A stretch of 44,446 nucleotides of DNA from Escherichia phage vB_EcoM_SHAK7704. A model generated the notes under the pieces. The model had not been told where the DNA came from. It saw only the letters and a list, made by a program, of their open reading frames with translations, and ran no database searches. The number at the start of each line of letters is the position of its first letter. Position 1 is the stretch's first letter. Positions 26,476 through 36,677 of the stretch are shown here, one piece after another. Made by a program: the position numbers and the translations under genes. The DNA is taken from sequence record OR594181. One strand, given 5' to 3'.

Positions 26476-26946
26476 ATGTCAAAGATTTATATTGGCGAAT
26501 ACGTCGTACGCCGTGCAGCTTACCGAGATGCCTTCTGGAATAAACTGTGTGAAAGCCTAGGCAAGAAACCAGATGGGGTATTCAAAGTATCCCGTGCAGA
26601 ACCTAATTATAACTCTATTATGTTAGAAGGTGTTGAGAAGCGCGAATGGTATGCACCTTACTTCAAGGTTGTTGACTCATTGCAAGATGAAGATCCTAGC
26701 ACGTTGGACAACAATATGGTTACTAAGCCTAAGCACTATGAGTTCTTCGATGGGGTAGAGGCAATCACTATCATTGCTCGTAGTATGACCGAGAAGCAAT
26801 TTGCTGGATATTGCATGGGTAATGCTTTGAAGTATCGTCTGCGTGCAGGGAAGAAATTCAACACGGAAGAAGATCTGAAGAAAGCAGACTACTACAAAGA
26901 GCTATTCCAGAAGCATCGTCACGAATGTATTGATGAGGATATTTAA
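26476..26946 (+). CDS. T7 gp1.7-like protein (nucleotide kinase family)
   Basis: C-terminal KPKHYEFFDGVEAITIIARSMTEKQFAGYCMGNALKYRLRAGKK...YYKELF matches the T7 gp1.7 C-terminus as recalled; ATG 26476 after GGAGGA. Confidence 0.6.
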   Translation: MSKIYIGEYVVRRAAYRDAFWNKLCESLGKKPDGVFKVSRAEPNYNSIMLEGVEKREWYAPYFKVVDSLQDEDPSTLDNNMVTKPKHYEFFDGVEAITIIARSMTEKQFAGYCMGNALKYRLRAGKKFNTEEDLKKADYYKELFQKHRHECIDEDI

Positions 26947-26947
26947 T

Positions 26948-27064
26948 ATGACTTGTCCTAATTGTGGAAGTGAAGAAACAGAACATGTAGTTATGTCAGA
27001 TACTTATCATTTCTACTTCTGTCATAGCTGCGACACCACCATTGAAGAGGAAGAAGCTGTATGA
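26948..27064 (+). CDS. Small zinc-ribbon protein (38 aa)
   Basis: Not in the ORF track; CPNC...CHSC; ATGA overlap with the ligase start. Confidence 0.4.
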   Translation: MTCPNCGSEETEHVVMSDTYHFYFCHSCDTTIEEEEAV

Positions 27065-28008
27065 ATATATTCCAATTCCTAGGTCTTCCAGAAGACCACC
27101 GCAATCACCCATTCATGCTGGTGAAACATCGCGGTGAAGTACCTGAGAAGAAATTAACTTTTCCATGTTATGCACAGGTAAAACGAGATGGTATATTTAG
27201 TGCTGTGGTTGTTCGCAACGATGGTGACGTTGGTATCTTTGGACGCACTGGAAAGAAACTGGCTAACACGGAAACCTTGGAAGAATCTTATTCAGCTTTC
27301 CCTACTGGCATTTATCTCGGTGAGTTGCAATCTATGGCTATTGATGTCTACCTTGAAGCACTTTCTGGAGTAGTTAACCCTAACCGCACTGAGCCACTAG
27401 ATTTCATAGGCCAGCAGATTAAAGACAACCTGTATATTGACTTCTTCGATATGTTAACTATTAAGGCATTCCATGATGGATTCACTGATGTTTCTTATCT
27501 CAAACGTTACGATGCTTTACATCGTCGCATCGGCGCTCATCTTAGCGGGTACAACGCTATCCTTCCTATTACTCCTTGCCATAATGAGCGAGAAGTTGAA
27601 GCGTTTGCGCAAGAGCAAATAGACGCAGGCCGAGAGGGTGCTGTGTTTAAACTGGACTGTGATTATGAAGCAGGCCACAAAGGTTATCGTCAGACTAAAG
27701 AAGTCCGTAAGGTAACTTATGACCTTACTTGTATTGGCTTTGAAGAAGGCAAAGGTAAGTACAAAGGTAAGGTAGCTAACCTCATTTTCAAATGGAAAGG
27801 GGGCAAGACAATCAAAGCTATGTTAGGTAAAGGGTGGACTCATGCAGATGCAGAACAGATGTTCCACGATATTAAACATGGTGGACGATTGAATGTCATT
27901 GGTAAAATCTTTGAAGTAAAAGGTCTTCAGGATTCAAGCAAGGGCAACATTCGTCTGCCCAAAGCGGGAGAATTAAGACATGACAAAGATGAACCAGATT
28001 TCTTTTGA
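27061..28008 (+). CDS. ATP-dependent DNA ligase
   Basis: 315 aa; KRDG adenylation motif (KxDG). Confidence 0.75.
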   Translation: MNIFQFLGLPEDHRNHPFMLVKHRGEVPEKKLTFPCYAQVKRDGIFSAVVVRNDGDVGIFGRTGKKLANTETLEESYSAFPTGIYLGELQSMAIDVYLEALSGVVNPNRTEPLDFIGQQIKDNLYIDFFDMLTIKAFHDGFTDVSYLKRYDALHRRIGAHLSGYNAILPITPCHNEREVEAFAQEQIDAGREGAVFKLDCDYEAGHKGYRQTKEVRKVTYDLTCIGFEEGKGKYKGKVANLIFKWKGGKTIKAMLGKGWTHADAEQMFHDIKHGGRLNVIGKIFEVKGLQDSSKGNIRLPKAGELRHDKDEPDFF

Positions 28009-28195
28009 TAGCATGAAGGCAACTCGTGCAGTTGAGGTAGCAGAAGCTATCTTTGAAACTTTATCCTGTGGCATGGAATTGCCGTATACTTTACTGGCTG
28101 ATGCAGAAGAGCTTGGTCTTTCTGTAGAAGCTATCCAAGAGAAGGTTGAAGAACTCTATGGTACAGACGAAGAAGAAACCGACGATTTCATTTGA
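27980..28195 (+). CDS. Hypothetical acidic protein
   Basis: 71 aa; overlaps the ligase 3' end. Confidence 0.45.
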   Translation: MTKMNQISFDSMKATRAVEVAEAIFETLSCGMELPYTLLADAEELGLSVEAIQEKVEELYGTDEEETDDFI

Positions 28196-28200
28196 GGGTA

Positions 28201-28328
28201 TGGAGATGCTTGAGATGATTCTCAAGCCTTCTTCTCCGAAGGTGACTAAGACTCACGAAGAATTAATCGTAGATGAAGTTAAGCGTTACATAATGGATTG
28301 TGTCAGAGCACAACTGGTGGTCCAATGA
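28201..28328 (+). CDS. Hypothetical small protein
   Basis: 42 aa from ATG 28201 after GAGGG (track ORF 28146-28328); ATGA coupling to the next gene. Confidence 0.35.
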
Positions 28329-28786
28329 TACGTCCAGCTTCATTCCTAGATATTCCTGAGATTATAAACCTTGGGAATAAGTATGTGGAAGAGGAAGTCA
28401 AGGTTGTAGCCCATCACTCAGCCTCATGGAGTGCAGAACAAAGTGCACATAACCTTTGTGCATCTCTTAGTAGAGAAGATTTATTCCTATGGGTTGCTGT
28501 AGATGAAGGGCGGATTGTAGGGTTCCTGTGGGCTGGCTATCACGAGTTGGCCCCTTGGACACCTGTAATGGTTGCCTCTGACATTCTCTTTTATATTATA
28601 CCAGAGAAGCGAGGAACCCTACTTGGTATGCGTCTCATCAAAGCCCTAAAGCAATGGGCTAGTGATAATGAATGCTCTGAGGTTCGCCTGTCTATCGCCT
28701 CTGGTATTAATGAAGAACGTGTCGGACGTATGTATAAGCGACTTGGCTTTGAACCGTTTGGCACTGTGTACAACCTGAAGTTCTAA
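28325..28786 (+). CDS. GNAT-family N-acetyltransferase
   Basis: 153 aa; acetyl-CoA motif PEKRGTLLGMRLIKAL. Confidence 0.65.
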   Translation: MIRPASFLDIPEIINLGNKYVEEEVKVVAHHSASWSAEQSAHNLCASLSREDLFLWVAVDEGRIVGFLWAGYHELAPWTPVMVASDILFYIIPEKRGTLLGMRLIKALKQWASDNECSEVRLSIASGINEERVGRMYKRLGFEPFGTVYNLKF

Positions 28787-28795
28787 GGAGATAAC

Positions 28796-29005
28796 ATGGG
28801 TGTTGTAAAGAAAGCATTTAAGGCTATCGGTCTTGCTCAAGATGCACCACGTATTGAAGCCAAAGTCCCAGCACAGCAGCTTGAGCGTAAGCCTGAGACT
28901 GAAGCTGAAGATATTCAAATTGGTGCAGGTGGTGATGATGCGACTGCATCTGCAAAAGGTAAGCGCGGCCTTGTCCGTCCGGTAGCTTCTAGCTTGAAGG
29001 TGTAA
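28796..29005 (+). CDS. Small virion-associated protein (gp6.7-like by position)
   Basis: 69 aa; AAGGAG RBS; charged with basic C-terminus; directly upstream of portal. Confidence 0.5.
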   Translation: MGVVKKAFKAIGLAQDAPRIEAKVPAQQLERKPETEAEDIQIGAGGDDATASAKGKRGLVRPVASSLKV

Positions 29006-29006
29006 T

Positions 29007-30557
29007 ATGAAACAGAGCACAGATTTGGAGTATGGAGGTAAGCGGTCTAAGATACCTAAGCTATGGGAGAAGTTCTCCACTAAACGTAGCTCTTTCCTTG
29101 ATAGGGCGAAGCATTACTCCAAATTAACCTTGCCCTATCTGATGAATGACAAAGGTGATAACGAGACTTCGCAGAATGGATGGCAAGGTGTAGGTGCTCA
29201 GGCAACTAATCATCTAGCCAACAAGCTAGCGCAAGTACTATTCCCTGCACAGCGTTCCTTCTTCCGTGTAGACTTAACTGCACAAGGTGAGAAGGTTCTT
29301 AATCAGCGTGGCCTGAAGAAGACAGAGCTAGCTACCATCTTCGCTCAAGTGGAAACACGGGCAATGAAAGAGTTAGAGCAACGTCAATTCCGGCCTGCTG
29401 TAGTGGAAGCATTCAAGCATCTTATTGTTGCTGGTAGCTGTATGCTATACAAGCCGAGCAAAGGTGCAATCAGTGCTATCCCAATGCATCACTATGTAGT
29501 TAACCGTGATACCAATGGCGACCTGTTAGACATTATCTTACTGCAAGAGAAAGCCTTACGCACCTTTGACCCAGCTACACGTGCTGTAGTAGAGGTTGGC
29601 CTGAAAGGTAAGAAGTGCAAGGAGGATGACAGCGTTAAGCTGTACACACATGCTAAGTATCTTGGTGATGGCTTTTGGGAACTCAAGCAATCTGCTGATG
29701 ATATCCCTGTGGGTAAGGTGAGTAAAATCAAATCAGAAAAGCTACCTTTCATCCCATTAACTTGGAAGCGAAGCTATGGTGAGGATTGGGGTCGCCCTCT
29801 TGCAGAGGATTACTCCGGTGATTTATTCGTTATCCAATTCTTATCTGAAGCGGTTGCCCGTGGTGCTGCGCTGATGGCAGATATCAAGTACCTGATTCGT
29901 CCGGGTGCTCAGACTGATGTTGACCACTTTGTTAACTCTGGCACTGGTGAGGTTGTCACTGGTGTAGAAGAAGACATCCATATTGTACAGTTAGGTAAGT
30001 ACGCAGACCTCACACCTATTAGCGCGGTTCTAGAGGTGTACACTCGCCGTATCGGTGTCGTATTCATGATGGAGACAATGACACGCCGTGACGCCGAACG
30101 TGTTACTGCTGTAGAAATCCAGCGAGATGCGTTAGAGATTGAGCAGAACATGGGTGGTGTATATTCCCTCTTTGCTACTACTATGCAATCGCCAGTAGCG
30201 ATGTGGGGTCTGCTGGAGGCAGGGGAGTCCTTCACTAGTGACTTAGTGGACCCTGTGATTATCACAGGTATTGAAGCTTTAGGACGCATGGCTGAGTTGG
30301 ATAAACTGGCTAACTTTGCTCAGTATATGTCACTGCCATTACAATGGCCTGAGCCTGTCCTAGCTGCTGTGAAATGGCCTGACTATATGGATTGGGTGCG
30401 TGGTCAAATCTCTGCTGAACTGCCGTTCCTTAAATCGGCTGAAGAGATGGCACAAGAACAGGAAGCACAGATGCAAGCACAGCAAGCACAGATGCTTGAA
30501 GAAGGTGTGGCTAAGGCCGTGCCGGGTGTAATTCAACAAGAACTTAAGGAGGCGTAA
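29007..30557 (+). CDS. Portal (head-tail connector) protein
   Basis: 516 aa; WQGVGAQATNHLANKLAQVLFP and RVTAVEIQRDALEIEQNMGGVYS resemble T7 gp8 segments as recalled. Confidence 0.9.
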   Translation: MKQSTDLEYGGKRSKIPKLWEKFSTKRSSFLDRAKHYSKLTLPYLMNDKGDNETSQNGWQGVGAQATNHLANKLAQVLFPAQRSFFRVDLTAQGEKVLNQRGLKKTELATIFAQVETRAMKELEQRQFRPAVVEAFKHLIVAGSCMLYKPSKGAISAIPMHHYVVNRDTNGDLLDIILLQEKALRTFDPATRAVVEVGLKGKKCKEDDSVKLYTHAKYLGDGFWELKQSADDIPVGKVSKIKSEKLPFIPLTWKRSYGEDWGRPLAEDYSGDLFVIQFLSEAVARGAALMADIKYLIRPGAQTDVDHFVNSGTGEVVTGVEEDIHIVQLGKYADLTPISAVLEVYTRRIGVVFMMETMTRRDAERVTAVEIQRDALEIEQNMGGVYSLFATTMQSPVAMWGLLEAGESFTSDLVDPVIITGIEALGRMAELDKLANFAQYMSLPLQWPEPVLAAVKWPDYMDWVRGQISAELPFLKSAEEMAQEQEAQMQAQQAQMLEEGVAKAVPGVIQQELKEA

Positions 30558-31477
30558 TGTCTTTCTCATTTACTGAACCGTCAACCACTCACCCTACTAC
30601 TGAAGAGGGTCCGGTAGAAACCAAGGAGGTAACAACTGATGCTGCTACTACTGATGCTCCTGTTGACGCTGGCACTGCTGTACAAGATGACAATGCTGGT
30701 GCACAACCTACTGAAGACACCGGAGGAGAAGCTTCTGGACAGCCTTCAGAAAAAGGAGACAATGGCGGAGAGAATGGTGAACCTAAGCCAGATGATACCG
30801 CGACCGACACTGAGGAAGTGCAATACTTCTTCGGAGCACATGAAGTAACAATAGACATCCCACAGGATGTAACTGACAGCCTTAAAGAGAAAGGCATTGA
30901 TGCCAAGCAGGTTGCCAAGGAACTCTATTCCAAAGGTGGCAAGTTTGAACTGTCAGATGCAACCAAGCAGAAATTGTATGATGCTTTTGGCAAGTTTGCG
31001 GTAGATGCTTACCTGTCAGGTCTTAAGGCTCAAAATGAAGCCTTCTTCCTGAAAGAAGCCAACGCAGCTAAAGAGTTGGAAGCAGCTAACACCCAACGCT
31101 TCTCTGATGTTTCTAAGGAAATTGGTGGCGAAGAAGGTTGGTCCCGTCTTGAGGAGTGGGCGCTTGAAACGCTATCAGATGACGAACTCACGGCATTCAA
31201 TGCGGTGATGGAGTCTGGCAACCAATACCTTCAGCAATATGCTGTGCGTGAACTAGAAAGCCGCCGGAAAGCTGCACAGGGTGATGACAAGCCAAACTTG
31301 ATTGAACCCTCTGCACCTGCTGCTGCGTCTGAAGACAACGGCCCACTATCTCGTGAGCAGTACCTGCGTGAGCTGATGACCCTTAGCTCTCGTTTCGGTA
31401 CAGACAAGAAAGCGGCTGCTGAGTATCAGGCTAAACTGGATGCTCGCCGTCGTGCTGGGATGGCTCGCGGTCTGTAA
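30557..31477 (+). CDS. Scaffolding protein
   Basis: 306 aa; acidic; between portal and capsid; TAATG coupling. Confidence 0.75.
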   Translation: MSFSFTEPSTTHPTTEEGPVETKEVTTDAATTDAPVDAGTAVQDDNAGAQPTEDTGGEASGQPSEKGDNGGENGEPKPDDTATDTEEVQYFFGAHEVTIDIPQDVTDSLKEKGIDAKQVAKELYSKGGKFELSDATKQKLYDAFGKFAVDAYLSGLKAQNEAFFLKEANAAKELEAANTQRFSDVSKEIGGEEGWSRLEEWALETLSDDELTAFNAVMESGNQYLQQYAVRELESRRKAAQGDDKPNLIEPSAPAAASEDNGPLSREQYLRELMTLSSRFGTDKKAAAEYQAKLDARRRAGMARGL

Positions 31478-31482
31478 TCAGT

Positions 31483-31500
31483 ATTTACTGGACACTATAG
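31483..31500 (+). promoter_or_regulatory. Phage RNAP promoter ATTTACTGGACACTATAG (capsid gene)
   Basis: Exact consensus; transcript begins with hairpin GGGAGA-aatg-TCTCCC. Confidence 0.75.
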
Positions 31501-31553
31501 AAGGGAGAAATGTCTCCCTAAATTATCAATTTGATTTATAAGGAGGTTTATTA

Positions 31554-32762
31554 ATGAGCACCCCGAATAACCTGACCAACGTTGCAGTCTCCGCTTCCGG
31601 CGAGGTAGACAGCCTTCTCATTGAGAAATTCAATGGCAAGGTAAATGAGCAGTACCTGAAAGGTGAGAACATCATGTCCTACTTTGATGTTCAGACTGTT
31701 ACTGGTACTAACACTGTAAGCAACAAATATTTGGGTGAAACCGAGTTGCAGGTTCTGGCACCGGGGCAGTCTCCGGCTGCAACTTCTACTCAGGCCGATA
31801 AAAACCAACTGGTAATCGATGCCACTGTTATTGCTCGTAACACAGTTGCTCACCTGCATGATGTACAGGGTGACATTGATAGCCTGAAGCCGAAGCTGGC
31901 TACTAACCAAGCTAAGCAGCTTAAGAAGATGGAAGATGAAATGCTGATTCAGCAGATGCTGCTGGGCGGTATTGCTAACACTCAGGCTAAGCGTACTAAT
32001 CCGCGTGTTAAAGGCCATGGCTTCTCTGTCAACGTAGAAGTTGCAGAAAGTGAAGCACTGGTCAACCCGCAGTATGTAATGGCGGCTGTAGAGTTTGCTC
32101 TTGAGCAGCAGCTTGAGCAGGAAGTAGACATCTCTGATGTGGCTATCCTGATGCCGTGGCGCTACTTCAACGTACTGCGTGATGCAGACCGTATCGTTGA
32201 CAAGAGCTACACCATTAGCCAGTCTGGTGCAACCATTCAGGGTTTTGTTCTGTCTTCTTACAACTGCCCTGTTATCCCGTCTAACCGCTTCCCTAAATTC
32301 TCTGCGGGTCAGAAACATCACCTGCTGTCAAATGAAGACAACGGTTATCGTTATGACCCGACTGCAGAAATGAATGGCGCTATCGCTGTACTGTTCACAG
32401 CTGACGCTCTTCTTGTTGGCCGTTCAATTGATGTAACAGGTGATATCTTCTATGAGAAGAAAGAGAAGACCTATTACATTGACACCTTTATGTCTGAAGG
32501 TGCAATCCCTGACCGTTGGGAGGCAGTGTCTGTAGTTACCACCAAGCGAGAGACAAATGGCACGCCTACCTCTACTGCAACTCAGGCTGCACAGCATACT
32601 CAGGTTCTGAACCGTGCACAGCGTAAGGCGGTGTATGTCAAGAGCGCTAACCCGGCAGGTGCTTTCGCTGCTGCTAGCTTGTCTGCTGAAGACTTGGTTG
32701 CTGCTGTACGTGCAGTGATGGCTAATGACATTAAGCCGACTGCAATGAAACCTGCTGAGTAA
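31554..32762 (+). CDS. Major capsid protein
   Basis: 402 aa; strong AAGGAGG RBS; own promoter and downstream terminator; highly-expressed-type codon usage. Confidence 0.85.
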   Translation: MSTPNNLTNVAVSASGEVDSLLIEKFNGKVNEQYLKGENIMSYFDVQTVTGTNTVSNKYLGETELQVLAPGQSPAATSTQADKNQLVIDATVIARNTVAHLHDVQGDIDSLKPKLATNQAKQLKKMEDEMLIQQMLLGGIANTQAKRTNPRVKGHGFSVNVEVAESEALVNPQYVMAAVEFALEQQLEQEVDISDVAILMPWRYFNVLRDADRIVDKSYTISQSGATIQGFVLSSYNCPVIPSNRFPKFSAGQKHHLLSNEDNGYRYDPTAEMNGAIAVLFTADALLVGRSIDVTGDIFYEKKEKTYYIDTFMSEGAIPDRWEAVSVVTTKRETNGTPTSTATQAAQHTQVLNRAQRKAVYVKSANPAGAFAAASLSAEDLVAAVRAVMANDIKPTAMKPAE

Positions 32763-32769
32763 TACCTAT

Positions 32770-32805
32770 GCCCTATCTACCTTGCGTAGGTAGGGTTCTT
32801 TTGTT
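32770..32805 (+). terminator. Intrinsic terminator after the capsid gene
   Basis: CCCTATCTACC-ttgcg-TAGGTAGGG stem then TTCTTTTGTT; homologous to the terminator at 23747. Confidence 0.7.
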
Positions 32806-32815
32806 AGGAGGATTC

Positions 32816-33553
32816 ATGCCTGTAATTAGACAAACCAGTAAAGTAGGACATATGATGGAAGATGTGGCCTTCCAGATTATTGATAGTAAGCTGGAAGCGG
32901 TAAACTTGTGTATGCGAGCTATTGGTCGTGAGGGTGTGGATTCTCTCGACTCAGGTGACTTGGACGCAGAAGATGCAAGCAAGATGATCGACATCGTATC
33001 CCAGCGATTCCAGTACAACAAAGGAGGTGGCTGGTGGTTCAATCGTGAACCAAACTGGCAGATTGCACCTGATACCAATGGTGAAGTCAATCTACCTAAC
33101 AACTGCCTAGCAGTATTGCAGTGTTATGCTTTGGGTGAGAAGAAAGTACCCATGACTATGCGAGCAGGTAAGCTCTACTCTACTTGGAGTCACACCTTTG
33201 ATATGCGTAAGCATGTTAATGCTAATGGTATGATTCGTCTTACCTTACTCACCTTACTGCCCTACGAGCATTTACCTACAAGTGTAATGCAGGCTATTGC
33301 CTATCAAGCTGCTGTAGAGTTTATTGTGTCTAAGGATGCAGATCAGACTAAGCTAGCCACTGCGCAGCAGATAGCCACTCAGCTTCTTATGGATGTACAA
33401 TCTGAGCAAATGTCACAGAAGCGATTAAACATGCTGGTACATAACCCCACTCAGCGTCAGTTTGGTATCATGGCTGGTGGCTCTCAGAATGTACCTGCTT
33501 ACTCTCATTCACCTTATGAGAGTTGGGCGCTCCGTCCGTGGGAGGATCGTTAA
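32816..33553 (+). CDS. Tail tubular protein A (T7 gp11-like)
   Basis: ATG 32816 after AGGAGG; pattern shared with T7 gp11 as recalled. Confidence 0.8.
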   Translation: MPVIRQTSKVGHMMEDVAFQIIDSKLEAVNLCMRAIGREGVDSLDSGDLDAEDASKMIDIVSQRFQYNKGGGWWFNREPNWQIAPDTNGEVNLPNNCLAVLQCYALGEKKVPMTMRAGKLYSTWSHTFDMRKHVNANGMIRLTLLTLLPYEHLPTSVMQAIAYQAAVEFIVSKDADQTKLATAQQIATQLLMDVQSEQMSQKRLNMLVHNPTQRQFGIMAGGSQNVPAYSHSPYESWALRPWEDR

Positions 33554-35955
33554 TGGAAGTACAAGGTTCATTAGGTAGACAAATCCAAGGGATTAGCCAG
33601 CAGCCGCCAGCGGTACGCTTGGATGGTCAGTGCACAGCTATGGTTAATATGATACCTGATGTAGTGAATGGTACTCAATCACGCATGGGTACAACTCATA
33701 TTGCAAAGATACTTGATGCGGGGACTGATGACATGGCTACTCATCATTATCGCAGAGGTGATGGTGATGAAGAGTATTTCTTCACGTTGAAGAAAGGACA
33801 AGTTCCTGAGATATTTGATAAGTATGGGCGCAAATGTAATGTGACTTCACAAGATGCACCTATGACCTACCTCTCTGAGGTTGTTAATCCAAGGGAAGAT
33901 GTACAATTCATGACGATAGCTGATGTTACTTTCATGCTTAATCGTAGGAAAGTAGTTAAAGCTAATAACAGGAAGTCACCTAAAGTTGGAAACAAAGCCA
34001 TTGTGTTTTGTGCGTATGGTCAATATGGTACATCTTATTCCATTGTAATTAATGGGACCAACGCTGCTAGTTTTAAAACACCGGATGGTGGAAGTGCAGA
34101 CCATGTTGAACAAATTCGAACTGAACGTATCACTTCTGAATTGTACTCTAAGTTGCAGCAATGGAGCGGTGTGAGTGACTATGAAATACAAAGAGACGGT
34201 ACTAGTATATTTATCGAGAGACGGGATGGTGCTAGCTTTACAATAACAACCACCGATGGTGCAAAAGGTAAGGACTTAGTGGCTATCAAGAATAAAGTTA
34301 GCTCTACTGACCTACTCCCTTCTCGTGCGCCTGCTGGTTATAAAGTACAAGTGTGGCCTACTGGCAGCAAACCTGAGTCTCGTTACTGGCTGCAAGCTGA
34401 GCCTAAAGAGGGGAACCTTGTGTCTTGGAAAGAAACAATAGCTGCTGATGTATTACTTGGGTTTGATAAAGGCACAATGCCTTACATCATTGAACGTACA
34501 GGTATCATTGACGGCGTAGCTCAATTCAAGATAAGACAAGGTGATTGGGAAGATCGTAAAGTAGGGGACGACTTGACTAACCCTATGCCCTCTTTTATTG
34601 ATGAGGAAGTACCCCAGACAATAGGTGGGATGTTCATGGTGCAGAACCGCCTATGCTTTACAGCAGGTGAAGCGGTTATTGCTTCTCGTACATCATACTT
34701 CTTCGATTTCTTTCGTTATACGGTTATCTCTGCATTGGCAACTGACCCATTTGATATTTTCTCAGATGCTAGTGAAGTCTACCAGCTAAAACATGCAGTG
34801 ACCTTAGATGGCGCTACCGTGTTGTTCTCTGATAAGTCACAATTCATACTGCCAGGCGATAAGCCTTTAGAGAAGTCAAATGCACTGCTTAAGCCTGTTA
34901 CAACATTTGAAGTGAACAATAAAGTGAAGCCAGTAGTAACTGGTGAATCGGTAATGTTTGCCACTAACGATGGTGCTTACTCTGGTGTCCGAGAGTTCTA
35001 TACAGACTCTTATAGTGACACTAAGAAGGCACAAGCAATCACAAGTCATGTGAATAAGCTTATCGAAGGTAACATTATCAACATGGCAGCAAGTACCAAT
35101 GTCAACCGATTGCTTGTCACTGCTGATAAGTATCGTAACATAATTTATTGCTATGATTGGTTATGGCAAGGTACAGACCGTGTACAATCAGCATGGCATG
35201 TATGGGAGTGGCCTATGGGTACAAAGGTGCGAGGTATGTTTTATTCTGGTGAATTACTTTATCTACTCCTTGAGCGAGGCGATGGCGTCTATCTGGAGAA
35301 GATGGACATGGGTGATGCACTAACCTATGGTTTGAATGACCGCATCAGAATGGATAGGCAAGCAGAGTTAATCTTCAAGCATTTTAAAGCAGAAGATGAA
35401 TGGATATCTGAACCACTTCCTTGGACTCCTACTAACCCAGAACTTTTGGATTGCATCTTAATAGAAGGGTGGGATTCATATATTGGAGGTTCTTTCCTGT
35501 TCAAATATAACCCTAGTGATAACACCTTGTCTACAACCTTTGACATGCATGATGATAACCACGTAAAAGCGAAGGTTATTGTTGGTCAGATTTACCCTCA
35601 AGAGTTTGAACCAACACCTGTAGTTATCAGAGATAGGCAAGACCGTGTATCCTATATTGATGTACCTGTTGTGGGGTTGGTTCACCTTAATCTTGATATG
35701 TATCCTGATTTCTCCGTGGAAGTTAAGAATGTGAAGAGTGGTAAAGTACGCAGGGTGCTAGCGTCAAACCGTATAGGTGGCGCTCTCAACAACACAGTAG
35801 GTTATGTTGAACCAAGGGAGGGTGTCTTCAGATTCCCACTGAGGGCTAAGAGCACGGATGCTGTTTATCGTATTATTGTAGAATCACCTCATACATTCCA
35901 GCTTCGCGATATTGAGTGGGAAGGGAGCTACAATCCAACCAAAAGGAGGGTCTAA
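33553..35955 (+). CDS. Tail tubular protein B (T7 gp12-like)
   Basis: 800 aa from ATG 33553 (GGAGG RBS); position and size. Confidence 0.8.
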   Translation: MEVQGSLGRQIQGISQQPPAVRLDGQCTAMVNMIPDVVNGTQSRMGTTHIAKILDAGTDDMATHHYRRGDGDEEYFFTLKKGQVPEIFDKYGRKCNVTSQDAPMTYLSEVVNPREDVQFMTIADVTFMLNRRKVVKANNRKSPKVGNKAIVFCAYGQYGTSYSIVINGTNAASFKTPDGGSADHVEQIRTERITSELYSKLQQWSGVSDYEIQRDGTSIFIERRDGASFTITTTDGAKGKDLVAIKNKVSSTDLLPSRAPAGYKVQVWPTGSKPESRYWLQAEPKEGNLVSWKETIAADVLLGFDKGTMPYIIERTGIIDGVAQFKIRQGDWEDRKVGDDLTNPMPSFIDEEVPQTIGGMFMVQNRLCFTAGEAVIASRTSYFFDFFRYTVISALATDPFDIFSDASEVYQLKHAVTLDGATVLFSDKSQFILPGDKPLEKSNALLKPVTTFEVNNKVKPVVTGESVMFATNDGAYSGVREFYTDSYSDTKKAQAITSHVNKLIEGNIINMAASTNVNRLLVTADKYRNIIYCYDWLWQGTDRVQSAWHVWEWPMGTKVRGMFYSGELLYLLLERGDGVYLEKMDMGDALTYGLNDRIRMDRQAELIFKHFKAEDEWISEPLPWTPTNPELLDCILIEGWDSYIGGSFLFKYNPSDNTLSTTFDMHDDNHVKAKVIVGQIYPQEFEPTPVVIRDRQDRVSYIDVPVVGLVHLNLDMYPDFSVEVKNVKSGKVRRVLASNRIGGALNNTVGYVEPREGVFRFPLRAKSTDAVYRIIVESPHTFQLRDIEWEGSYNPTKRRV

Positions 35956-36677
35956 TGGCTATAGGTTCAGCCGTTATGGCTGGTATGTCTTCTATTGGTA
36001 GCATGTTTGCAGGCAGTGGTGCAGCAGCCGCTGCTGGAGGTGCTGCCGCAGGTGGCGGAGGTTTGCTAGGTTCACTAGGTGGATTCCTAAGTGGCTCTAC
36101 TGCTGGTTTCTCTAATGCCGGCCTTCTTGGTGCTGGCCTTCAAGGGTTAGGCTTGATTGGTGATCTATTTGGTGGAAGTGATGAAGCCAAGGCGATGAAG
36201 AAAGCACAAGAAGAGCAATGGCGGCAGCAGCTTATTGCTACACAAGAGGCGTACAAGACAGTGGCAGACGCAGAACGTTCTGCTGCTAAACAATATCATG
36301 CAGATGCAATCAGTAATCAGGCTTCACTGCTACAGCAGCGAGCACAGGTTGCATTACTTGCTGGGGCTACTGGTACTGGTGGTAATTCTGTGTCCTCTAT
36401 GCTTAACGACTTAGCAGCAGATGGCGGCAGGAACCAGAGTACTATCATTGATAACTATGAGAATCAGAAGATTAATTTCACCAACCAGCTTAAGTCTATC
36501 CAACGTGGTGGTCAGATGCAGATGCGTGAGTTTAAGAAGCCTTCTGCTATGAATACCTTGGTTAAAGGTATTCCAAGTCTGGCATCTGCCTATGTAACTG
36601 GTAGTAAGTCTGGCAAGGCATTGGGTAAAGCCTTAACTGATTCTCGCACATATTCATCTGGAACAAGAGGTATTTAA
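35955..36677 (+). CDS. Internal virion protein (Gly/Ala-rich)
   Basis: ATG 35955 after AAAGGAGG; Gly/Ala-rich N-terminus. Confidence 0.65.
   Translation: MAIGSAVMAGMSSIGSMFAGSGAAAAAGGAAAGGGGLLGSLGGFLSGSTAGFSNAGLLGAGLQGLGLIGDLFGGSDEAKAMKKAQEEQWRQQLIATQEAYKTVADAERSAAKQYHADAISNQASLLQQRAQVALLAGATGTGGNSVSSMLNDLAADGGRNQSTIIDNYENQKINFTNQLKSIQRGGQMQMREFKKPSAMNTLVKGIPSLASAYVTGSKSGKALGKALTDSRTYSSGTRGI

Noticed and set aside
31551-32321. 256-aa minus-strand ORF
   Set aside because: Antisense to the major capsid gene, which has strong expression signals; likely a chance open frame.
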